Below, piece after piece: positions 26,901 to 34,540 of a DNA stretch of 34,540 bases. The DNA is from Rhizaria sp. SCN 62-66. Taxonomy: Eukaryota. Position numbers and translations under genes: made by a program. Numbering within the stretch: the first letter of the stretch is position 1; every line of letters starts with the position of its first letter. The notes under the pieces are model-generated. The model searched no databases. It had not been told where the DNA came from and worked only from the letters and a program-made list of their open reading frames with translations. The DNA lies in assembly GCA_001724265.1 (NCBI GenBank), contig MEDY01000337.1:1-34540 (forward strand). Reading direction: 5' to 3'.

Positions 26901-29900
26901 CAACGTTAATTTGGCGATATTTAATCCAATATTCAAGAACCATCAACACACCTAACCTCCCATTTTCATCTTTGGCTTCCATTTCGCCTCCCGATTCCCG
27001 CTCGCAGCGACGCGCTGTTGAGCGGCAGCGCGGCGCCGCAGCTGCTGCTGGTCTCTGACGCGGGCGTGCTGGCGCTGCGCTTCGCCGTCGTCTCACCCTA
27101 CACACTCGCGGCCGGCGCACACCCGCCCCGCGTCTCATTGGCCGCCGCCGTCGCCGACACCCGGACCGCGCGCGCGTTGCCCGCCGCGCTCTCGGCCGCC
27201 ACCGCTCTCGCCCACACTGGCGCTGGCACTGGCAGCGGCGCTCCCACTCCCGCTGCAGCATCGGCGGAGGCGGCGGACATGGCGTTCGCGCTGGCCTCGG
27301 TGGCGCCCGGCACGCCCGGACACCGCCTGCAGTCCGCCTACGCGGCCTTCTCGGCGGCCTACGGGACGCCGCTGTCTGCGCCCGCCGCGCTGGCGGCTTA
27401 CGCGGACGCGCGCGCGGCGGCGGCGTGCGGCGCGACGACGCTGTTGGCGTCGCCGGTGCAGCATAACGCGCTGGCGCCGTGGGCCTCGCTGCTGAACCAC
27501 CTGCCCGCCGCCGTGGCCGTGCCGGGCGTGTTGCCGGGCGCCGCGCTGGCGCCCTTCGCAGTCGCCGCCACCGCCGCCACCGCGGGCGTCGCGCCCGGCG
27601 CCGCAGACGTCTTCCACTCCGTCCTCGCCAGCGCGAGTGCTCACCCAGTCAGTAGCAAAGCTGCGAAGGGGTCTAAGGGGTCCTTTAAGGGGTCCAAATA
27701 CGGTCTCATGAATGACATGGACGACGACGACGACTACAACAACAACGACAACGATGACGACGAGGATAGCGGCCTCGCTGCGGGCGACGGCGAGTATTAC
27801 ACGGGCCGCGCGCCCTCCGTCGCGGCAGCGCTGTGCCGCGATCCGCCCGCCGCGGCCCACGGCGTGTCGCATCTTGACGTGCTGGTCTGCGCGCTCAGCC
27901 TCCGCCTTGTCACCGACGAGACGTACACCATGACTGCCACTGGCGCTGGCGCTGGCGCTGCTGCCCGTCGCCGTCGCCCGCAGACCGCGGAGGTCATCGG
28001 CAACGCAAGCGAGGGCGTAGGTGTGGCCCAGTCGCTGCACGCGCGCGCCTGCGCGCACCTCGACCTGCTGCGCCTCCTCCGCTCTCCCTCGCTGCAGGCC
28101 CGCGTCTTCGACCCCCTCAGCCCCAGCGTCGGCGCCAGCAGCAGCGGCAGCGGCGCCGGCGCTAGCAGCGCTGGCGAGGCGCTGGACCTGTGCTCGGTGT
28201 GGTCGCTGCTGTCTCCGCTGGCGCGCCACACGGTCAGCGAGCACGGCATCGCGCTCGCGGCCCTCGACGCCCTCCACGCCACAGTCACCACGCTCACCAG
28301 CGCGAGTCGCAGCGCCGGTCACAGCGCCAGCTCCCACGCTGCGTACAGTAATGGCGACGACGACTCTGCCTCCGCTGCTGCCGCGGCTGCTTCGGCTGTG
28401 CAGGAGAGGCGTGTGCTGCTTGTGGGCGCGATGGCGGCCGCGGTGGCCGCCGTCCCGGCCGTGGCCGCCGCCGCCGAGGCCGCAGTGGCGACGCACGGTG
28501 CGACCACGGCGGGCGTCTTTTTCGCGAACCCGACGCTGCTGCCGCTCTTCATCGCGGCGCTGGCTGCGCGTGCGCATGCCGCCGCCGATGCCGTGCCTGC
28601 CTTCCGCGCCCTCGTGCTCCCGCCCCTCGCTGGCGTTGACAACAACAACAACAGCAGCAGCAGCAGCAGCGGTGCTGTCGGCGGCGCGGGCTCGGCGGCG
28701 GAGGGTAGTGCTGCGGAGGCGGTGACCGACGCGCTGGTGGCCGCGCTGGCGCCCGTGCCCGCCGCGGCCACCGCGACGGCCGCCGCGGCCGCCGCCGTCG
28801 CCTCGGCCGCTGCCTGCGTGGCCACCGCCGCCGCCGCGGTCTCCTCGGTCGCGGCCGCGATCACGGCGCACGCCGCCGCGGTTAGCGCCCTCTTCCTGGA
28901 GACGCAGCGCGCCCTGGGCTTCGCGCCCACGCTTGCGCCCGCAGTGGCCTACGCCGGCGCCGGCGGCGACGCCTCGCTTAGTACGCAGGCGGGGGAGCTC
29001 GCGGTGCCGGTGCCGCTGCTGCTGACCCACGGCGTGCGTCTGGCGATGATCACGCTGGCCACGCACACGCTGCGCGCGCTGCGCGTCGCGCTCGCGCCCC
29101 ATAGTAGCGGGGCGGGGGGCAGCGTCGTGAGCGAAAGCGTGGTGAGCGCGCTGCGCAATGCGCTGGCCGTGGCGCCCCGCACGCTCATCACCGAGTATGC
29201 GGGTTACAACGCGCTCGCCGCCGCTCTCGCCACCACGAGTATTGGCGCCAGTGCCAGTGCCAGCGCCAGCTCTAGCACCGGTGCGCTGCGGCGGGAGCAG
29301 GGCGCGGTGCTGTCGCTGCTGCTCACCGTCACGCACGCGGCCGTGCTTCTTCACCAGCGCAACGCCCTTGCCCTCTCGTCTGCACAGTCTAACTCTCTGT
29401 CGCAGCTGCAAAGCAAGGGTAAGCTGGCCCCGGCGTCTGCCGCCGCGTCCGCCGCCGGGGCGGCCGCGTCGGCCGCAGCCTTCTTCTCCCCCGCGCGCTC
29501 CTTTGCGCTGGCCGCGGCGGCGGGCGACGCGGGCAGTCTGATCGCGCTGGTCGAGCATGCCGTCGGGCAGGCGCTGCTTGCGGCGCGCTCAGTGGTCGCC
29601 GCCGATGCCGCGACCGTGGGTGCGACCCTCGCCGCCGTCGCCGCGGAGCGCCTCGAGCCGCTGCTGGCCACCTACGGGGCGCCCTTCGCGCGCGCGCTCG
29701 TCGAGGCTTACACAGCCGTCCCGGCCGCGACCGTGGCACGCTTCAACGTGCATCCGGCCGCGCCCGCCGCAGTGGCGCTGCCGGAAATCGCCGCAGTCAG
29801 CCGCGCCGCCGCGGGCGCCGCCGCCGTCGCCGCGGCCGCCTACACAGGGCTTGAGAGAGAGATTACTGCCTCGTCCTCCTCTGCGTCAGCTGCGTTGACT

Positions 29901-31628
29901 GCCCACGGCCACTCCGTGCTGTCGGTCGGCGGCAGAGGCGGTGCTGCCGTGGCCGCGGCTGCGGTTCGGATTGTCGCGAGCCGCGGCGCGCTGCGGGCGC
30001 GGCTGCTGCGCGTGTTCCCCGCAAGCAGCTACGCGCCGCGCGTGGTGCGCGAGGTGATGCCACCCAACTACTGCCTCGCGCTGCCCCAATGCGCGCACGT
30101 GCTCGCGCCGCTCGCGCTCGACGCCGGCGCGGACGACGACGGCGAAGACAGCGACAACTGCAGCGGCAGCACCGCGGTGGTGTTGTTCAACAGTCCCGGC
30201 CCCAACAGCAGCGCAACCAAGGGCAAGGGCAGCAAGCGCAGCAGCGCGGTCATGCTCTCCAACGCCGCGACTGCTAGCGCGGTGAGCCGCAGCGTGCGGT
30301 GGGGCGCCCCGCCGCGCGCGCTGCTGCCGTCGGCCGCGGGCGCCGTGGCTCCTGCGTTCCACGCGCTCGTCGAGGCCGCGCTCACGCGCTCCGCCGCGAG
30401 CGCCCCCACGGGTTCCGCCACGGGCACCGGCGTCGCGAGCAGCGCGACCGGCATCGAGGGTTCTGCTCTGGCGCTGTTGTGGCAGCAGCAGGTGATCAAC
30501 GCCCGCCAGTCGACCCGCGCGATCGCCGCCACCGGCACCAGCGCCACCGCCCTCGCGCCCGCCTCGCTCTTCACTGGTGCTGGCTCGATCACGGGCGGCG
30601 CGAGCACTGGCGCTGGCACTGTGGGCGAGCGGGCGCACTGGGCTGCGCTCGCCAAGTTAAGCCGCCTCGCCGCCGCGACCCCCATGTCGGACGACGGCAC
30701 CGGGAGCGACAATAACGGCCCTGCTGCTGCTGCTGCTGACTCTGGTCTGTCTTCGGCGTCGAGCGCCGCCGTGGCCGCCGCGGACCTGACGCTCTTCACG
30801 CTGCAGCTCCAGCACAAGATGGCCCTTACAGGCTACCCCGTGCCCTCCGCCTCCGCTTCCGCCTCCGCCTCCGCCTACGCGGCTGCCGTTACGTCGACTG
30901 GCGACGTGCTGGCGGCCGGCGAGGACTCACCCGCACTGCCGCCGCTGGCGCTGGCCCGCAGCTGCTTGCTGGCGGCCCGCGCCGCCGCCGGCTTCGGCGA
31001 GCAGGGCTACGACGCGCTGCGCCTTGCCGTCTGGCGCGCGCTGCTCGCTGTCGCCGCGCACACCGCGCTCGCACTCGCGCTGGCTCCGAGCCCCGCTGCC
31101 AGTGCGGAGAGCGCGGCGGCCGCTGCGGCGGCGGCGTGCGAGGGCGCTGTCCGCGATGCAGTGTCGCTCGCGGTGGCCGCGGACGCGGCAGCGTGGCGCG
31201 CGCTGGCCGCAGACCGGCGCGGGAGCGCGCTGGGCGGCGGCTGGACCGTCGCCGAGGCCGCCGCGACCGCGGGCGTCACGGAGCTGTTTCTCTTCCAGCT
31301 CGCCGCCGCGCTCGCCGCGCTGGCCAAGGCCGCCGCCGCCGTTTCTGGCAACCACGGCGACGGTAGCCCCAGTCTGGGCGCCGCGTTCCCCTTCTCCTGC
31401 TACGACGGGCTCCGCACCGACTGCCTCGGCGCTGTCGCCGGCTCGGCCGCGGTGGCCGCGGTGGCGGGGGCGGTGCAGGCAGCCGTGGCCGCGCTCTCCC
31501 CGGGCAGCCCGGCAGCGGCGACGGAGCTGCCGACGGAAGTTAAGCCGCTGGCTAAGACCGTGTGGAGCGCGGGATGGGCCCACGTCAAGCCGCTCACCGA
31601 GGAGGAGGTTGACGATGCGCAAGAGTAA
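23966..31628 (+). CDS. NUP133: Nuclear pore complex protein Nup133, about 2377 aa, 4 exons
   Basis: Exons 23966-24051, 24204-26355, 26539-26813 and 27008-31628 join in frame. Nup133-like motifs: LPPTVAAAL, DGWCCLAFDSTLLVW (cf. GGWACLVCKEKLIIW), DGLVQWWSLA (cf. EGSIRYWPSLA), RLQSAYAAF, LDVLVCALSLRLVTD, QSLHARACAHLDLLRLL (cf. QLEDKMKAHSFLMDFI), VSEHGIALAA (cf. LCEHAEKLSA), TAGVFF, LAAAAGDAGSLIALVE (cf. LAEKYCDFDILVQMCE), ALAKLSRLA (cf. GLSKLAALA). Confidence 0.88.
24052..24203 (+). other. Nup133 intron 1 (152 nt, phase 2)
   Basis: AA|GTACGC...AT-rich...TTCTTCCCCCAG|G; restores a Lys codon and the frame of ORF 24145..26406. Confidence 0.85.
26356..26538 (+). other. Nup133 intron 2 (183 nt, phase 0)
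   Basis: CAG|GTATGT...TTCTTCCCCCTGTCCAG|GTC TAC ATC; joins to the frame of ORF 26566..26898. Confidence 0.9.
26814..27007 (+). other. Nup133 intron 3 (194 nt, phase 2)
   Basis: AG|GTACGT...CCTAAC...TTCCCGCTCGCAG|C; restores a Ser codon and the frame of ORF 27018..31628. Confidence 0.9.
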
Positions 31629-32085
31629 GCAAGCAAGCGAGGTCTTCAGGTGCAGTTACGTTGCATGCAGTTTAAATTGAAGTATGTTTAGTGAAGAAAA
31701 GAAGATGGTATTACAAGTATTTTATTCCTACTTACGAAAAACAGACGCTATTTTTGTATTCCCTTCGCCATATCAAATCAAATACACAATCAATGATTGA
31801 TACCCCGAAGTTCTCAGATGGACTTGCAATGTGAAATTTGACCGTATCCAAACGCACGGAATAGTGCGTCACCATCAATGTTGGCATTTAAGCTGAGATC
31901 GGTGATGGATAAAAACTGACTGTAATAATGAAGTATAATGAAATCATTTGGTTGACGAGCGAGATTAATAGTAGCATAAACAGAGGATACGGATGTGAGC
32001 GTCAGCGAGTGCGGCGCGCATTGCACTGACCGGTGGCTGACTGACCCACCCACTCACACACCGCGCGACGTGAGGCGTGTGGCGC

Positions 32086-33564
32086 TCATGCAAGCACGGT
32101 CACAAACAGGATAGCGAACGCGATGACAACCGCGAAGACCTTGATGATGAGCCACTGGTTCGAAGAGAGCCCGTCGAGGTACTTAAGCAGCTCGTTATGT
32201 CCCTCCTCGACGTTGATCATGGTCTCGTCGACGTTCGAGTCGATGCGCATCGTCATCTCCTCCTGCATCAGCACCAGCATGTTGAGCCGCTTGTACATGC
32301 TCGCCACCTCCTCCGTCGTGCTCTGGATCGTCTTAAGCGCCGCCGCGCGCGAGGCCAGGTATTCGTTGCGCTGTCCAGCGCCGCGCTCCACCAGCGTCTG
32401 CGTCACGCCGCCGTGACCGTAGGTGCCGCCGCTGCCGCCGCGGGATCCCTCGTTCTCGCTCGCCGTCGTGTCGCCGCCGCCGTAGCCGCCGCTGCTGCTG
32501 CTCAGCAGCGCTGTGAAGGCCGGTAGCCCCACCCCGCGACCGCTCGTGCCGCTGCCCGCGGCGCCGGTGTGGCTCTGCTGTCCAGGGGCGCCGAGCAGCC
32601 GCGAGTGCACGCCGCGGCCGGCGGCAAGCCCGCCGCTCTCGGCGTCGCCGTCCTCCTCGTTGTACTCGGCGCCCGTCACCCCCACCCCCGCGCCGCCAGT
32701 GTCCGTGTCGGTCCCGTCCCCGGCTCCAGCGCCGAGAGAGTCGCCGCCAGCGGCCCCGCCGGCGGCCTGCTGGAGCCGCTGGCGCAGCTTGCCGAAGTGC
32801 GAGAGCCCGCGGTGGCGGAGCTCCTCGGCGCCGCCGCCGCCACCGGGGCCCGCGTGCTCGAAGGCGCCGCGCCGGTCGCTCTGATCGCGGAGGTGCTGCG
32901 AGCGCTGTATCAACAGGTCGCCGAACGCCTTGGACTGGTCCGCGAGCCGCACCTTGAGATCGTTGACAATCTGCTGCGAGTTCTTGACCGCCTGCTGCTG
33001 CCGGGAGCCCCCGCCCGCGGCCGCGGCGGCCAGAGAGGCGCCGAGGGAGTCGATCGAGCGGCTGGTGCTGAGGAGATCCTGCTTGATGTCGACGGTGAGG
33101 CGCGAGATCTCGGCCGACGCGTCCGAGAAGGGCGCGCGCGAGCGTACCAGCGCCGTGAGGCGCTCGATGCGCTCCGTGGCCAGCACCATTCCCGTCGCGA
33201 TCGCGCGCGCTGCGCGATTGAAGGCGCGCGCGCGCTCCACGGCCGGGTCCGCGTTGTCGGCGGCGGCGGCGGCGGCGCGGGGCGAGAGGCCGCCGAACGC
33301 GGACGAGTCCGAGGACGGGAGGGAAGAAGTCAGCGCGAGGGTCGCCGGGGCGGGGCCAAAGCTGTAGGGGTTCGCGCCGGGCTGCTGGGCCGACGGCGGC
33401 AGCATGTGGTTGTAGGCCAGCGACGGCTGCGGCTGCTGCTGCGCGTGCTGCTGCGCGGCGCTGTTGGTGCCGGCGTGCTCGCGGGCGTAAGCCAGCGCCA
33501 GTTGGTGAAAGTCCGCGGTGCGGTCGCGGGAGTTCTTGCCCGGGGCAGGGCCGAGCATCAACAT
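32086..33564 (-). CDS. STX5: Syntaxin-5 / Sed5 / SYP3-type Golgi Qa-SNARE, about 492 aa
   Basis: N-peptide RDRTADF; Habc region (FNRAARAIATGM...IERLTALVRSRAPFSDASAEISRLTVDIKQDL); SNARE motif SRAAALKTIQSTTEEVASMYKRLNMLVLMQEEMTMRIDSNVDETMINVEEGHNELLKY; C-terminal TM anchor WLIIKVFAVVIAFAILFVTVLA. Start placed at ATG 33564; alternatives are 33558 and 33756. Confidence 0.93.
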   Translation of the reverse strand: MLMLGPAPGKNSRDRTADFHQLALAYAREHAGTNSAAQQHAQQQPQPSLAYNHMLPPSAQQPGANPYSFGPAPATLALTSSLPSSDSSAFGGLSPRAAAAAADNADPAVERARAFNRAARAIATGMVLATERIERLTALVRSRAPFSDASAEISRLTVDIKQDLLSTSRSIDSLGASLAAAAAGGGSRQQQAVKNSQQIVNDLKVRLADQSKAFGDLLIQRSQHLRDQSDRRGAFEHAGPGGGGGAEELRHRGLSHFGKLRQRLQQAAGGAAGGDSLGAGAGDGTDTDTGGAGVGVTGAEYNEEDGDAESGGLAAGRGVHSRLLGAPGQQSHTGAAGSGTSGRGVGLPAFTALLSSSSGGYGGGDTTASENEGSRGGSGGTYGHGGVTQTLVERGAGQRNEYLASRAAALKTIQSTTEEVASMYKRLNMLVLMQEEMTMRIDSNVDETMINVEEGHNELLKYLDGLSSNQWLIIKVFAVVIAFAILFVTVLA

Positions 33565-34185
33565 TGCGGGCGGTAGGGCGCAGGTGCCAGTCGCGAGCTT
33601 GGGTGACACAGCAACGGGGGCTGGGAGGGAGATGGAAAGGGGAGACGAAGACTCTGACGTCGGCAGGATAGAACGAGGCGAGGATTCAGTTTGTGAGAAA
33701 ATAGGTAAAAACGAGAATGAAATAAATACACATGTCGTGCATAAGCAATAAAACATTACACGATTATGTCTGTGAGAGGCAAGATGCGCATCGCTAAATT
33801 GCCCCGAGTCAGATCTTGTTCGCCCCCGCAGCCAGCCACGAAAATCCTTTGCATCGTCATCAATTCACATTACTTCCCACGTCATTCGGAACAACAGTGC
33901 CAATTCAGCATACAGATTTGCAGACATATAATGTAAGATGAATACACTCTTATAATTTGCTTTGTATTTCTCAGGCGACCCATTATGTCGCCATAATCTT
34001 CAGTATCATTCGTCAAGCCTCTCGCCGAATATTTCCACCATCACGTTTTCCACCATCATCAACCACCTACCAGGCCAAAACACAGCAACACACCATGATA
34101 AGCGCACAGACAGACAGAGAGACGATGAGCCAACAGTGACCATTAATCCCTCGCGCAACTGCCTTAAACGCCAACCGCAGCACAC

Positions 34186-34215
34186 TGCTCATCAAACCCA
34201 TGCTCATCAAACCCA
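34186..34215 (+). repeat. Perfect 15-bp tandem duplication TGCTCATCAAACCCA x2
   Basis: Directly visible; lies in the probable 3'UTR (GU-rich on the minus strand) of the EEP-family gene. Confidence 0.9.
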
Positions 34216-34276
34216 AACCTCACACAAATCTACACCCTCACAAACCCATCACCAAGCAAGACACTGTTTCGTTGAC

Positions 34277-34540
34277 TTACTTGTTGTTGCCGTTCTGGCA
34301 GTAGGGCACGAAGGTGGAGAAGGTGGCGAGCAGCCCGTAGTGGCTCGAGGGGTGGATGACGTTGCCCATGACGGCGTTGGCGGAGCGCGGGCGGAAGGGG
34401 ATCATGCGGTCCTCCTCGTCGCCCTTCTTCGGCGGCTCCACGCACAGGTAGTCGGGCCCCGGGCAGCCCACGAGGACGATCTCGCGCGGCTTCATCACCG
34501 TCGAGCGGAAGAAGATGCGGTCCACGCGCGTCGGCTGCGA
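34277..34540 (-). CDS. 3' end of an exonuclease/endonuclease/phosphatase (EEP) family protein, TDP2-like (5'-partial)
   Basis: Open from the window edge: SQPTRVDRIFFRSTVMKPREIVLVG...HPSSHYGLLATF. Resembles the TDP2-type C-terminus RFDRIFFR...P..L.LLG...FPSDHWGLL. Strong G/C-ending codon usage. Confidence 0.7.
   Translation of the reverse strand, partial: SQPTRVDRIFFRSTVMKPREIVLVGCPGPDYLCVEPPKKGDEEDRMIPFRPRSANAVMGNVIHPSSHYGLLATFSTFVPYCQNGNNK

Noticed and set aside
11481-34139. Short ORFs in spacers (11481..11678, 23351..23629, 23728..24132, 31814..32053, 33957..34139)
   Set aside because: They lack the G/C-ending codon bias of the real genes and overlap UTRs or introns; several start at non-ATG codons.
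1-34540. Prokaryotic operon, tRNA/rRNA genes, transposon or viral insertion, alternative genetic code
   Set aside because: The genes are eukaryote-specific and have spliceosomal introns. No RNA-gene, transposase, reverse transcriptase, terminal-repeat or capsid signature was seen. TGA and TAA terminate proteins at their expected C-termini.

Overview
Gene-dense, intron-poor eukaryotic (protist-like) nuclear DNA. Coding sequence is very GC-rich; intergenic spacers and GT-AG introns are short and AT-richer. Six protein-coding genes are supported. (1) A giant minus-strand gene (<1..10842): the ORFs 3880..10851 and 1710..3920 are joined by a 130-nt intron, there is an apparent frameshift near 1935, and a coiled-coil tail runs off the left edge; function unknown. 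(2) An intronless, very divergent gamma-tubulin complex protein GCP4 (11634..17921, +) that appears to carry an L-type lectin/ConA-like domain inside GRIP2. (3) GPI mannosyltransferase 3 PIG-B (18309..23219, -). (4) Nucleoporin Nup133 (23966..31628, +, 4 exons). (5) Syntaxin-5/Sed5 (32086..33564, -). (6) The 3' end of a TDP2-like EEP-family gene (34277..>34540, -) with SSH in place of the catalytic SDH. All recognisable proteins are much longer than their animal orthologues because of in-frame low-complexity insertions. Other observations: a GTAAGT/TAAG motif family inside exons, E2F-like sites in both divergent promoters, and an internal duplication in the giant protein. No RNA genes, mobile elements or CRISPR arrays were seen. 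Family assignments come from recognising motifs by eye against remembered orthologue sequences, not from database searches.
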